Part shown: positions 1-12,750 of the stretch, in pieces
Position numbering within the stretch: position 1 is the stretch's first letter
Layout of the letters: every line of letters begins with the position of its first letter
Origin: Monocercomonoides exilis PA203
Taxonomy: Eukaryota > Protista > Preaxostyla
DNA length: 64,000 nucleotides
Assembly: GCA_001643675.2 (NCBI GenBank)
Contig: LSRY02000007.1
Coordinates: 1,983,600 to 2,047,599 of the forward strand
Reading direction: 5' to 3'
The notes under the pieces: model-generated
What the model was told of the DNA's origin: nothing
The model's input: the letters and a program-made list of their open reading frames with translations, nothing else
Database searches by the model: none
Translations under genes and position numbers: made by a program

Positions 1-1292
1 GTTCTGAAAATGATCTTGAATATTATCAGATGAACATTGAAAAGTGAAAAGGCTTTTTGAATTCATTTTAGTTGTTGATTCCGATAGACAATTTGTATTT
101 AAAAACAATTATCATGCTTTTTCACTTTTGAATAAAAATATTCTTTTATAAAACTAACAATCTTTGAAAACCGACACACCGAAAAAAGTTATGATTTCAA
201 AAATAATCACACATATTCAACATGTAGATTTTCCTATCACTGTAGAAAATTCAAATCCAATAATACAATAATAATTAATACTCCATAAAATCACACAAAA
301 GCTAAAAATAGAACTCATATTACAAACTATTTTTTTATTTCACTTAGGCCTGTAGCAGCTTCAGGCCAGATCTCTTGCAGGTCTTGGCGAAAAAATCAGG
401 GGTGAAATTTTTGCAATTTAACGACAAGCTTGTTATTTGGAATTCTACTCAAAAAAAGAAAAATTAGGAGGTGTTGGAAAGGTTGTCGAATTGGATGAGT
501 GTTTGTTGCGGAAAAAGAAGAATCATAGGTGCAGATTTCAAAAGCAGGTTTGAATATTTGGAATCTATGAAAAAAATCCTTTGGAAAATAAAGCATTTAT
601 AATTCCAGTGAAAAAAAGGATTAAAAAACGCTGCTAAATATTATCACAAAACCTGTTGAGTCTGGGACAATGAAATATTCAGATTGTACTAAAGCTTACT
701 CAAAGTTGCCTGAGTTTGGTTTTGCGCACGAAACATTTGATCATTGCAAGGAATTAAATAATTAAATAACAACTGTTACACAAATACCATTGAAGCTGTC
801 TGGAGTATGCAAAGAAGGTATTTGCAGCCAAATTAAACAAGCCTGTGTCACATTGAAGATTTAATTGCTTCATTGATATTGCAAAAAAATAGAAAAAGTT
901 TCAATACAGAAGTTTTTTAAAATTGTTTTTGAATATAATTCAGAGAGATATGAGAAAACATACGATAAAGGATACGAAAAAAGTGAAGTTGAAACTGAAA
1001 CATCAACGAGCAGCATTTCATCTGTTGGAACAGATGATACAAATGACACAGTATTAACAATTAAGAAAAAACGGAAGATGAAAAAGAAAAAGCTTCCAGC
1101 TAGGAAGAATCCGACACATTTTAATTCTTCAAACTTTAATTTGTTTGTCTAAAAATTTTTATTTCAAAGCTCATTGAAAAAATAAGAAAACATATAATTT
1201 CATTATTTAATTTTGGGTTTGATCAAAAAGGATGACATGATCGGAAGTTATGCCGAATTAAGACTTATGCATTTCTATTCCCAATTATATCC
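1..1292 (+). mobile_element. Right part of a Merlin-type DNA transposon; putative right terminus ...CCCAATTATATCC at 1292
   Basis: The transposase remnant is followed by a CC-3' end (Merlin termini are typically 5'-GG...CC-3'). Homology to the multicopy host gene resumes at 1293. The left end is not seen, so TIR pairing and TSD cannot be confirmed. Confidence 0.55.
461..1152 (+). pseudogene. Decayed Merlin / IS1595 (ISXO2-like) DDE transposase
   Basis: Manual translation across stops and frameshifts gives KLGGVGKVVELDECLLRKKKNHR..KQV*IFGIYE (from 461), TLLNII...VESGTMKYSDCTKAYSKL...AHETFDH, and TNTIEAVWS (to ~806). These match the GG.G..VE.DE / SD..KAY..L / H.TVNH / HTN.IE..WS motifs of Merlin-IS1595 transposases. 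Not in the ORF track because of in-frame stops. The 3' coordinate is approximate. Confidence 0.85.
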
Positions 1293-2320
1293 TAGAATTG
1301 TCAGGATGATTGTTGATGAAAATAAGAAAAAGGATGAAAAAGATGAAAAGCTCTTGGTTGATCTTTGTGAATGTTATTCGCTGCTCTCTAATGGTCTTGT
1401 TTCAACAGATATTGTTTCAATCTGTGTGCCTGTCCTTTTGAAAGTTGGATTGAACAAAAAGGAAAAGGAAGAATCGCAAAAAGAAGTTGAAATGGCTTTG
1501 CTTGTTTCGAGAAACATTGATGGCTCTTATGAATGGGTATTTTTATTTCGTTTTACAAGATTATGTAGTTTTCTTCTTCTTCTTCTTTCTTTTTTTCTTA
1601 TTTTCTATCGAATAACTTATCGAAATAATTATATTTGAATATGATCGTAGAAATTATACGCTATCATCAGGAACATCACAATCTTTCACGACTCACCTAT
1701 CAGTGTACTTGGGAGTTTTTGACTTTCCGACTTTGGGTTGACTATGGCTTGAATGGAAAGGTTGTGAATAAGCTCCATTTTGTGAGAGAAGCAACCAGAG
1801 AATTGGAAGATCTGTCAAAGAGTGTGGATTGGAAGAAAAAAGAAAAAAGAGGAAAATAAGCGAAAGAAGTGATAGTGATCTGGAGATGGATTGATATTGT
1901 TGATAATTACTTGACCTGGTCCACATTGTGGAACGAAGAACTTGCTGGACTTATCAGCAGCATTGTGAAGTTATATCGAGCTTCAAGAGATAATTACAAA
2001 GAAATAAACAATCATTGTATTTGTTTATTGAGAAGAGCATCGGAAAATAGAAATGTGAAAATTGAAGACTTGTTGAAGGAAGGTATTGTCGATCTTTGTT
2101 CTGAAGAAATGAAACAATCAACTTTGGAAGATGGGATTGTTTGGGATTGTTTGTATTTCTTTATGGATATTTCAAGAAGATTGAAAGAAAGAAGAGATAA
2201 TAACATGGAAGAAGAGAAAAGAAAAGAATTGAAAAGAAAGATATTCGAAAAGATGGAAGAAGAATGATACGAAGATACCATCACCAGCTTTCGTAAATTG
2301 TTTTATTATTTTTTTCATGC
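1293..2320 (+). pseudogene. Truncated pseudogene of multicopy alpha-helical hypothetical protein family (copy 1)
   Basis: RIVRMIVDENKKKDEKDEKLLVDLCECY...QKEVEMALL / YHQEHHNL..L.YQ / KMEEE align with the copies at 14789 and 26274. Premature stops at 1857-1859 and 2265-2267 (GGA>TGA relative to the paralogs). The 5' part is lost at the Merlin junction and the 3' end is cut by the duplication arm. Confidence 0.85.
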
Positions 2321-3825
2321 ATTCTTCTAAATTGAATGAGATGTGAAAAAACAAAAGAATCAAAAAACCATCACATTTTCAATCAACAAGTCATGCTTCA
2401 AAACATCTTTCGCAATTGCTGTGCGTTCATCGTGCCCAATTTCTTCAAACACAAAATTCTCTCAATTCAAAACTTACCGCAAGTTCTGCCATCAAAACAG
2501 AATAAGCATTCTTTCAATCTCATTTGAATTAAAAAAAGAACCGCAACCCCGAAAAGCTGCAATTCGAATGACATTTCACAACAATGGTTGGCTTCCTGCG
2601 AAACGAGTGATGCAATCTGGCTTCCCCAAGCAGCTCCACAACATTCAACATCCCTCAAGCCATCCGCTCAGCAAACTGCTTGAATTCAACTTCATCAAAA
2701 TTGTCAATTGAAAAAGAAGCTCCAAGCATTCCACAAGCTTTCAATATTCATGATATTCATTCCGCTTTTCCCCTTTCCACTCCACCCATATCGATTGCTC
2801 TTCCAACTCTCTCGTGTCTGACTGTCAGCAAGCTGTACCAAATACCTAAGTTCTTGAAGGCTTTTTATGGTTTCTGCAACCTCCTTTATTCCACTTCTTT
2901 TTCAATTATCCTGATAAAAACAAAGAAAAATTTTAAAATCAAAAATTCAAAAAAAATAAAAAGTTCACACAGTGATTCCTTCTTCTTTCAAACTGCTTTT
3001 TCAAGCCAATCTTCTTCCCAAACCTGCCTCAAATCGAGCTTCAACAAGATAATTCCTTTCAGCATCTCAGCAAAAAAAAATGCTCCTGCAGCAACAGGAC
3101 TATAAAAGGATTTTTCCCAACGACCAGCAACTCTTTCAGCAGCAGCCACAGAACCACCACAAACAATTGAGAATAATCCATTCAAGCCCTTCTCTTCCAT
3201 TCCGCCCGCCACTTCCAACCATCTTCTGCTCCGGGCTTTGTCACTCTCAAAAATGGCCATATAAGCAAAAACAAAAATTTCAATAACGTCCTCTGAAAAA
3301 TAAAATAATCCAAATAAAAAAAATATGTCAAACCCAAACAACTCAAAACACACCTTCTGAAAGCTCCCGAGAACGAAACAACACATCCCTCAAGCTCCAC
3401 TGGTACAGGCAAGCAGCGACATTCCAAAACATTCCACACAATAATCCATCGAAAAAGATGACATAAAAATTTCAATTTTCCGTTTGTTCCCATGTGAGCA
3501 TCGCATGTTCAAAAAAATCTCCCTCTTCCAATCAGCAATAAAATACACTCCGTTTGCATTCCTGCCCGAAAACATCTTGCACACATGCAGCATCAGTCCC
3601 CCAGACGATAAAACATTTCTGGAAAAAATTATTTATGGAACATAATTTTTCCGAGTTTTTCCTTTGCTCCTTCGGCCACTGTATTGGCATGCCTCGATGC
3701 ATTTTCGTACTGAAACAGTGTTCATATTATTCCATTATTTTTGAACCTTAATGTGTTCCATTCAAAATACGTCGTATGCGTGAATTGATCATATTATTTT
3801 TTAAAAGAGCAATAAATCGGTTTTG

Positions 3826-6800
3826 ATGACAGGAATTATTTCAGCGATATTTGTTGCATTTTCTGTTTTGTTGCAAGCAAGTTGTGAAGAGAAAACAGCA
3901 ACAATAGTATTTGTGAAGAGTGAAGGGGAAGGAGATGGAACTGCATTTGATAAACCCAAGAATTCTTTATCAGGAGCGTATGATTTGCTAACTGACGAAA
4001 GTGAAGATGGGCTCACAATAAAAGTTATCAAAGCAAATGATGAAAACAATGCTCTTAAAGCTGAAGCAATGACACTTGATAAAACGTCTGGAATCACGAT
4101 TGAAGGTATTACAGATGCAGAAGGAACAAATGGGAAAGTTGAAATTGACTGCACAGTAACAGCTGAAAGCGATTTATTTACATGCGAGAAAGAAGTTTCG
4201 TTTAAATATTTGATATTCAAATTCCCAGCAACATTTACACAAGTTGAAGGTGAATTGAAAGCAAATACAGATGGAACAGCTTTGATTCACGCTGTTGCAG
4301 GAGCAGAAAATGAAGAAGGATCAGGATCAGAAAATGAAGCAGGATCAGGATCAGAATCATTAACAATATCTAACTGCGACTTTGTACGACCAGAAGCGGG
4401 AGACATTGGAATTCATCTTGTGAAAGTGAGTGCAGGATCATTGACGATAGATACTGTTGAGTGCACTTCGGAAAAAGAAGTGAATTTTTCAGCAACACCA
4501 TTTTTGATTGAAGGAGCAGTAACGAGTGTTTCATTGAAATCATTGAATTTAAAGAAGATCACATCAAAAGAAAGTCCCGTTGTGAAAATTGTTGGAAAAG
4601 ATGAAGCAGCTGTTTCTGTGAAATTGGACAGCTGCACATTTACAGAATGTGTTTCAAACGATGCTACAGAAACAACTTCAAGTGGAGCATTGCATGTGAA
4701 GAGCAAACATGCAGGAAGCACATTTTCAGTTGAAGATAACGGAAAAACAAAATTCGATGGTTGCGCATGTGCAAAGGGGAAATCAGGAGCAATATATCTG
4801 GAAATGACTGCAATAACAGAAGCAACTCAATTATCGTGGCCAACAACAGGAACCAACTTGGAATTCACTGGGTGCAAGGTTTCAGAAGAAGATGCAACTT
4901 CGAATACTGAAAAGAACACAGCATTATATTTGAATGTGCCAGTAAAAATTCATAGAGACATAGCAAAAGAAATGAAGAAAAGTTTTGCATCTGGATACAA
5001 GAAAAATGAAAATAAAGGCATTGTTGTTGCAAAAGGAACCGACGATAGCTCTGAAGTTGATTTCACAGAAGTGTATTTTGATCCGATTACAGACGCATAT
5101 GTAAGTGCAAAAGAAGACGATGATAACAAAGATGGATTGAGCTATGCAACACCAAAGAAAAAACTGGATTCAGCATACAAATTGTTTGGAGAGGGTGTTG
5201 GAGAAGAAAACTTCAAAGTCAACATCATCAAAACGGATGCTGCATACAAAGCTGAAGCTATAACACTTGATAAATTATCATTGCTTACGATTGTGGGTGT
5301 TCAAAAAACTGACGAAGCAAATGGAGAAGCCGAAGTGATTGAGACAGAAGTGGAGATTGATTGTGACGCAAAATCAAATAAAGATCTGTTCACTTGCAAG
5401 AAGAAAGTTGAGTTCAGGAGTCTTGTCTTCAACTTCCCATCGACATTGGAAGGAGAACAAGCGAAGAATGATGGCCCAGAAGTGACAGGACCATTTGCAT
5501 TGATAGCTACAGACGGTGAAGATGCAGAATTGAGCATTGTGAAATGCAGATTTGTTCGGCCAACACCAACTGATAAACTTGGGATGCTTTCAAACGCAGA
5601 TGAAGAAACAGTTGGTATCCATCTTGTGAAAGTTAGCGCGGGAACATTGACTGTGAACGAAGTTGAGTGCAGTGATGAAACGAATACCGCAAAGTTTACT
5701 GTAATTCCATTTCTGGTTGAAGCAGCAACAGTTTCATTGAAGTCATTGAATTTAAAGAAGATTACATCGACCACAAGTGCTGTGGTGAAAATTGTTGGAA
5801 AAGATGAAGCAGCTATTTCAGTGAAAGTTGATGGATGCACATTTACAGAATGCTCTTCAAGTGATGAAACAGCAACAAGTGGAGCACTTTATGTTGAGAG
5901 CGAAAATGCTGAAAGTTCATTTGAGATTGGAAATACAGGTGCAACAACATTTACTAAATGCACGTGTGCAAATGGAAAATCGGGAGGAATCTATTTGAAG
6001 ATGACGGAAATTGGCGATGCTTCCAAATTGAAATGGCCAACGACAGGGACCAACTTGGCATTTACTGAATGCACGGCAGGAGAAGCCGATCCAACTTCGA
6101 ATTCAATCAGGAAAACGGGATTGTATCTGGATGTGAAAACTGAATTTCATAAAAACATTGCAGATGAAATGAAGAAAAGCTTTGCAGCCGATTACACACT
6201 TGAAGATAATCGATGGTTTGTAACAGCTAATGACAGTGAGGGCAAAGATGTTGACTTCACGTTAAAATATTTTGATCAACCGAAAGAAGTATTTGTGAAG
6301 AGTGAAGGGGCAGGAGAAGGAGTGAAAAAAGAAGCACCGATTGGCAGTTTGAAAGAAGCGTATGATTTGCTTTCTGACACAAATGAAGGTGGACTTTCCA
6401 TTAAAGTCATCAATGGCGATGGCGAAACCTCTGCTCTGAAACCCGAAGCAATGACACTTGATAAAACATCGGGAATCACGATTGAGGGAATTACAGAGGC
6501 AGAAGGAGCAAACGAGAAAGCAAAAATTGACTGCACAGTAACAGCTGAAAACGATTTATTTACATGCGAGAAAACGGTGGCATTCAAGAATTTGATTTTT
6601 GACTTCTCAGCAACAATTACGCAAGATGAAGGTGAATTGAAAGCCAATGCAGATGGATTAGCGCTTATTCATGCTGATGCAGAGTCAACATCGCTTTCAA
6701 TATTGAACTGTGACTTTGTACGACCTACAACAGGAGATATTGTTGGAATCCATCTTGTGAAAGTGAGTGCAGGCTCACTGAAGATGACAGGAGCTAAATG

Positions 6801-7641
6801 TATTGATGATGAGAAAACAGTTTTGTTCAAAGCAATTCCGTTTTTGGTTGAAGGAGCAAAGGAAGTTGTGATTGAGGATGTGGAAGTGAAGAAGGTGGAA
6901 GTGGAAGAAGGTGCAGCGATGAGCATCAAGAATGGAATAAAAGGAGAAGGAAAAGAGAACAAAAAGAATGAAGGGACAGAAGAGATAAAAGGGACAGTTG
7001 TGGTTGTTGAAGGGGTGAAGATGGAAGAGGTGAAGTCGAAGAGTGGAAAGACGGCAGGGGTGGAGATAGCGTTGGGAGAGGAGAATTCGAAGGTGAAGAT
7101 GGGAAGGGAAAAGGCATGCACATTCAAGGAGTGCAAGGCAGAAAACGGGAAGTCGGGTGCGATATATATTGAAATGAAGCATGTGAGTGGGAATCTTGAG
7201 CTTCCAGGAGAGAACAAACTGGAGATTGACGGGACGAACAGCGGGAAAGGGAATTCAGGAGCATCGTTGTGCATTGTGGCAGCAGATTTTGATGCGTTCA
7301 GCAAGCAGGATAATGCATTTGAGTTTGCAAAGAACTACGACGAAAGGGAAGCAGGGTGGGTTGTTGGAGCAGCAGATGAGAATGCTGAGCCAGAGGATGT
7401 GTATGAGAAGTATCTGAAGGAGAAGAAGGATCCAGAGCCAGAGCCTGAACCAGGGAAGAAAGATGAACGGAAGGCAAACGCAGGAGTGATTGCTGTGGCG
7501 GTTGTGGTGCCGATTGTGTTTGTTATAGCAGTGGTTGTGATAGTGATCGTGGTGATGGTGGTTGTAAAGAAGAGAAGATCGAAGTACAACTCGGATGGTG
7601 TTGGTAAAGACAAGGAACAAGAGATGAGTAACAATGTGTAA
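3826..7641 (+). CDS. Large type-I membrane surface protein (~1271 aa) with three ~390-aa modules
   Basis: Intronless ORF. N-terminal signal-like stretch (IISAIFVAFSVLLQA). Repeated modules starting VFVKSEG/YVSAKE with F..C....SGA(L/I)Y motifs, which suggest a beta-helix (inference). PEPEPEP linker, TM helix (GVIAVAVVVPIVFVIAVVVIVIVVMVVV), KKRR stop-transfer and a short tail. ATG at 3826. Confidence 0.9.
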   Translation: MTGIISAIFVAFSVLLQASCEEKTATIVFVKSEGEGDGTAFDKPKNSLSGAYDLLTDESEDGLTIKVIKANDENNALKAEAMTLDKTSGITIEGITDAEGTNGKVEIDCTVTAESDLFTCEKEVSFKYLIFKFPATFTQVEGELKANTDGTALIHAVAGAENEEGSGSENEAGSGSESLTISNCDFVRPEAGDIGIHLVKVSAGSLTIDTVECTSEKEVNFSATPFLIEGAVTSVSLKSLNLKKITSKESPVVKIVGKDEAAVSVKLDSCTFTECVSNDATETTSSGALHVKSKHAGSTFSVEDNGKTKFDGCACAKGKSGAIYLEMTAITEATQLSWPTTGTNLEFTGCKVSEEDATSNTEKNTALYLNVPVKIHRDIAKEMKKSFASGYKKNENKGIVVAKGTDDSSEVDFTEVYFDPITDAYVSAKEDDDNKDGLSYATPKKKLDSAYKLFGEGVGEENFKVNIIKTDAAYKAEAITLDKLSLLTIVGVQKTDEANGEAEVIETEVEIDCDAKSNKDLFTCKKKVEFRSLVFNFPSTLEGEQAKNDGPEVTGPFALIATDGEDAELSIVKCRFVRPTPTDKLGMLSNADEETVGIHLVKVSAGTLTVNEVECSDETNTAKFTVIPFLVEAATVSLKSLNLKKITSTTSAVVKIVGKDEAAISVKVDGCTFTECSSSDETATSGALYVESENAESSFEIGNTGATTFTKCTCANGKSGGIYLKMTEIGDASKLKWPTTGTNLAFTECTAGEADPTSNSIRKTGLYLDVKTEFHKNIADEMKKSFAADYTLEDNRWFVTANDSEGKDVDFTLKYFDQPKEVFVKSEGAGEGVKKEAPIGSLKEAYDLLSDTNEGGLSIKVINGDGETSALKPEAMTLDKTSGITIEGITEAEGANEKAKIDCTVTAENDLFTCEKTVAFKNLIFDFSATITQDEGELKANADGLALIHADAESTSLSILNCDFVRPTTGDIVGIHLVKVSAGSLKMTGAKCIDDEKTVLFKAIPFLVEGAKEVVIEDVEVKKVEVEEGAAMSIKNGIKGEGKENKKNEGTEEIKGTVVVVEGVKMEEVKSKSGKTAGVEIALGEENSKVKMGREKACTFKECKAENGKSGAIYIEMKHVSGNLELPGENKLEIDGTNSGKGNSGASLCIVAADFDAFSKQDNAFEFAKNYDEREAGWVVGAADENAEPEDVYEKYLKEKKDPEPEPEPGKKDERKANAGVIAVAVVVPIVFVIAVVVIVIVVMVVVKKRRSKYNSDGVGKDKEQEMSNNV

Positions 7642-8239
7642 GAGAGATGGCATCAGAGAAGTGGAGAAGAGGAGAAGGGAAGAAAGGGAGAATGGAGGAG
7701 AGGAGTAATATTCTTAAATTTTAATTGATATTTTCATTTTTGTATTTTTTGCATTTTTGTATTTTTTCATTTTTGTGTTTTTGTATTTTTTCATTTTTGT
7801 GTTTTTGTGTTTTTGCATTTTGCATTTTGCATTTTGCATAATTAGCCATTCACAATATTGTTGCTGACGGTGAAATGAAATACATATGCGTATGTATATA
7901 TGTGTTTAAATTGTATATGCACACTATTCACGTATCTTATCATTCATCACTCACTGTTCACTGTTCACTGTTCCACTATTCACCATTCATCGCTCATCAT
8001 TCATCACTCACCATTCACTATTTACAAAAAAGCCTTGGGATGAGTTCGAGGGTGGAGGAGAAGAAGGGGAAGAGGAGAGAAAGGCTTTTGACATTTGATA
8101 TTTGTGATGGTTAAAGATTATTAGACGTTTTATTGTATTTTTTGATTTGTCTATTTTGATGGTCAATTTAACTCGACTTTTCCAATGATGATTTTATTTT
8201 TGTAGTTACAAGTTGGTTTAGTCGTTGTTTATATTAATT

Positions 8240-8410
8240 TTTTAATTTATATTTTAATTTATATTTTAATTTATATTTTAATTTATATTTTAATTTATAT
8301 TTTAATTTATATTTTAATTTATATTTTAATTTATATTTTAATTTATATTTTAATTTATATTTTAATTTATATTTTAATTTATATTTTAATTAATATTTTA
8401 ATTAATATTT
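8240..8410. repeat. 12-bp AT-only minisatellite (AATTTATATTTT)n
   Basis: Directly visible tandem array. The inverted counterpart at ~17516-17715 has more units. Confidence 0.95.
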
Positions 8411-10043
8411 TTGTTCATTTGTTAATTTATTCCGTTGTTTTTTTTGATTTTCGCTATTCGCTTTTGCCTTGTTCAGGCGAAAGCGCTTTCCATTCAGCAG
8501 GAAAGCCGCAAAGTCCTTCCTCTGCTGGATTGGATATATTTCCCCTTTTTTTTTTCATTTTTCATTTATTTGACTGGCACATCAGTCAAAGTGAAATGAC
8601 TTGGATGCTTTGTTTTGCATCTCACTTTGTTTGGAGCACAGGAAAGTGTGCCGATGAACAAGAATAAAAACATGAAAAACAAAACAAATCTTTTTTTTTA
8701 TTTTTTTATTTCAAAGATGGGCTCATCCCACAAGTTTGATGCTGCAAAAGCAGCTTCTTCAGGAAAAAAAAAAAGAAAGAAAGAAAATAACAAGAAAGCA
8801 GCTGAAATGAGGCGGAGGAAGGAAGGGAAGACAAGATGGATTCTGAGTGATGCTCTCGTTGAAACAGAGCTTCCCTCTGCTCCCCACCTCGCTCTCCTTG
8901 TTGCAAACAAAGAACCCTGTTGATTGCTCATCCAACGTTTGCTTCATTCCTCTTTCCTCTTCTTCGCTTTTCTACGAAATCGTGTCAGCTGCTCCAACAT
9001 CAGTTTCCTTCCTGAAATAACATCTTCTAATTATTCTACTCCATCTTGTTTCTTCCTCCCCCTCCTTTTCGTTCCTTGTTCTCATGTCATCACTCTTGTT
9101 CTTCCTCCAACTCCTTTTCATGTCTCACTTGTTGCCTCTTTTTCTCTGTCTTCTTCATTTTCTTCTCCTGTTTGTTTGAATCTTCTGATGCTTCCTCCAA
9201 AATTCACTTTGATCAAACCTTTACGATCCAAATAAATCTTCATCACTTATTCCTTCCTCTCCGATATCTGTCCTCATGCAATATGCCAAATATCCAGTAG
9301 CTGTCTCCAGAAAGATTCCCTCAACAGCGCACAAAATCGAGAAATTCAGCTGTAAGAGCTTACTAACGAACGGCACATCAACCCTGATACTGCCCAGAAA
9401 AAAAAAATGGCAAAATTCCATACGGATCATAGGATGTGGCAGCACATCGCCAATTTGTTCCCACTTTGACGGATTCTGTCGATATTCCTTTTTTCTCTCC
9501 TTGCTTCACAGCTCCACAGATTCCCAGTTCCTAAGATCAATATTGCTCTGTGCTTTTTTATCTGCTTCCGCAATCCTTTTAAAAGCTGCTCAACGCACTG
9601 TTTTCATCAAGAAGTCACAAATTATATTATCCGAGCTATCGCCCCACAAGCACTCATTGAACACACTGCATTCCATTGCCACTATCTCCTTTTCGCTTTT
9701 GACTTTCAACACCATCCTCGCTCCTTTCAGCTGCTTATGCTCCATGTATTCACATCTCTTTCTTTTTCATTCGTATATTTGCCATATAATAAATATAATA
9801 TGAATTCTATAAATTGATATTTTAATAGAAAAATAAAATTAACGTAGAATAACAATAAAATTTCAAAAAATACACATATTAATCGAAAAAGAAAGAAAGA
9901 AAAACAGATAGATAATGAAGCAAACTTGAAGCTGCACAAACGGAATCTTTCAGAGTAACTGCTGCGCCAACGCGAGACCGATCATTAAGATCATCCTTTG
10001 CCAAATCTCTATTCTCTTTCTTTCTCTTCAGCTTTTCTTAAGC

Positions 10044-12500
10044 CTACCCCCAATTCCAGCCAGCCTCCCTAGCGCCGTCCCTCTTGCCACAGCCCCGTTC
10101 TCTCCATACACCCGCTTTTCCATCCTTTTCTTCTCTTCCCAGCTCAGCGCAGAAACAAACGCTCAGTGCAGCATCTTCACTGCCACCGTCTCCAGCGCTC
10201 GTGCAGCTGTTCGCTCCACAATCCCAGCGATGAGATGTCCTGCCGGCTGGAACAGCACATCTCACTTCCCATCTTAGTCAAACGTGATGTTGTGCTACCG
10301 GCAGTTCGAAAAGAACTGCCCGTGCGGCACACGCTTCAGCTCTGGATAGTAGAACGGCTGCTCTTTCACAAAGATGTGTATCGATGATGGAGAGATATCT
10401 GCACAGGCATGTGCAGAGACACCATTCCAATCAGATGCCGGCTGAGGAGGCACTCTCTGCACACCTACCACCTGGCGCTGCGAGGCTGATCTGTGAACTC
10501 CGCTCGAAGAGCCCTGAGGCCAAGCAGATGCAGAATGCACAGAATCAGAGGACGGAGCGTGCACATGCAAAGCAGCAGTGCCGGCGCTGCGCGGAAGGAG
10601 GTAGTTTCCAGACTATCTCGATGCCCCCCTGCAGGAGATACAACATCCACCGGAAAGCCGACGGCGCTGCCAGCGGATCCACCGAAAAATCCACTGCACA
10701 CATCCGCAGCGACTCCCACTCGTCCACAAACACACAATACGAAACACCAAACACACCAATCATCCATTTCCCTTGGTACACTTGCCCGATCGCATACGTC
10801 GCATCCCGCAGAGCTATCAGCGGCGCACTTTCCTGCAGCACAACTGCCCCAATCGCAACAAGCTCATCCATCGTCTCTCTCTGCCTGTCCGAGTTCAAAT
10901 GCAACAACGCCCAATCCCATGCCATACACCCACCCCCGCCCATACCCCCTTCTCTGCTCTTCTTTCTCCTCCCAAACAGCCTCTCCACAATAAACGTGAT
11001 GCTCATCGTCATGTCCGGCTGTATCATCCCTTCCACAACCGGCTTCCACACAATCCGCTCCCGCTCGGCACACAGCTCCACCAGCGCCCCAGTCACCGTC
11101 ATCGTCACCAGATAGTCCCGCCAGCTCCCACACGCACTCTCGTCAACCAGCGTCACACACTCCGGGTGCGCAGGAACACTCAGCAGCGATTCCACATCCA
11201 GAATCTGTCCCTCTTCTTCTTCCTCTCCTTCTTCCTTCTCCAAGTCAATGGAACCACCCTCTCTCCCTGACTCCTCATTCATCCCCAAATTATTTTTCGA
11301 CATTTACACCTGTTCGTCATCTTTCCCCACATTTTCTTCTCTTCCATCTGAAGCTATTCACAAAGAACTATTACCTGCTGCTTCTTCTTCTGCTCTCCTG
11401 AAATCTCCTACTGAATGCCATCGTCTGGTGAAGTTCAAAACACTTCACTTTCTGTAAATTACTGTTTGTCTGCCTCAGCTTCTGCCCCCACCTTCGCAAA
11501 CCTCAGCCCACTCAGCCCAAGCGCCTCCTCAACCAGCAGCGCCATCGCTTTTTCCAGCTTCCCCTGACTCTCTTTGATTTTCTCCACAAACTCTCTGTGT
11601 GCTGTCGGATAGCCGTCTTTCTCCTCATTCCCATCTCCTTCCTCTCTCCCTCCATCTTCTTCTCCCTTTTCTTCTCCCTTTTCTTTTCCCTCATTGCCTC
11701 CCCTTTCTCCTTCCTCTGCCTCTTCTCTCCCCTACAACCCAGCCAGCGCAATTGCTGCTGGCGACAGAACCACATCCTCTATCCTCTATCCTCCATCCTC
11801 AGCCTCGCCGCCTCCAGCACCTTCTCCACAATCTCCCCGACTTTACACACTGCAACCCCTCTCCACATCGCTTCGTTCTCCAGCTTCACCACCACACTCC
11901 TCGACTGCGGCGATCGCCATATCTGCAGCAACGGGCCAAACAGATCGCAGATCGACGGGAACGCATTCACATCCTCCTCCGCAAAGATCCGCTTGCTCCA
12001 CGACTTCGTGTTCACCGACGCTGCGAGCGACGGAAGCTCTCAAACAGTAGAACTGAAAGGAACACACAAAATTCCACGTCTCTCGCAACAACATTCCACC
12101 TCAGCGACTGAGAGGACATAAGCATCAACAGAGACATGACATGAACAGTTCATTCACCACAGCTGCCTCAGGCACCATAATTTGCAGAGATCTCTCAATG
12201 AAGTCCATCGCTTCTGGATGTACGTGAGTCCGCCACCACAGAGGCAACCGAATTGTCGATTGCAGGTGCCGATGACGATGGCGATGACTGCTCATCTCCT
12301 GCTGCCTTCTTCTCTTCGCTTTTTCGACTCCGGAATGGTGAAGAATACAAAGAATGCAAAAAATGCTGAGAGAAGAGACGACTTCTGCACTTCGATGGCA
12401 ATAAGACTGTTTTTCAGATTGGACTTTGTATCCGACAACAGCTACTCTGGTGTCACAAACTCAACATCTGCATTCGGATCAGAAAGGCCAATCAGTCATT
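10044..12500 (-). pseudogene. Decayed GC-rich protein-coding gene of unknown family
   Basis: Protein-like minus-strand segments (10545-11303, 11779-12015, FVKEQPFYYPELKRVPHGQ near 10315-10375) are broken by stops and frameshifts. No domain recognised. Confidence 0.45.
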
Positions 12501-12567
12501 AAAGTTCTCCATTTCTGAGCTACTTAAACAGATGGAACTGGGCTTTATTTATGTTAGGATTTAAAAC

Positions 12568-12630
12568 AAGAAGAAGAAGAAGAGGAAGAGGAGGAGGAGG
12601 AGGAAGAAGAAGAAGAAGAAGAAGAAGAAG

Positions 12631-12662
<32 letters not shown>

Positions 12663-12686
12663 GAAGAAGTAGAAGAAGAAGAAAGA

Positions 12687-12721
<35 letters not shown>

Positions 12722-12750
12722 AAAATAAGAAGAGGAAGAAGAAGAAGATG
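12568..12750. repeat. (GAA)n/(GGA)n trinucleotide tract
   Basis: Directly visible. It explains the poly-R/L/F ORFs in the track. Confidence 0.95.

Larger units (their letters stand above)
2321..9190. repeat. Left arm of inverted segmental duplication (partner 16740-24773)
   Basis: Reverse-complement near-identity from 2321/24773 inward to ~9190/16740. Identical spurious ORFs appear on opposite strands in the track (e.g. 2343-2711 vs 24383-24751, 7875-8114 vs 17837-18076). Confidence 0.95.

Noticed and set aside
4413-7653. Antisense ORFs over the surface-protein genes (also 18298-23113) and over the transposase
   Set aside because: Shadow ORFs caused by codon bias of the real genes.
8615-9300. 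Short ORFs duplicated in both arms (e.g. MGSSHKFDAAK...)
   Set aside because: Their conservation is explained by the recent duplication. No domain or splice support.
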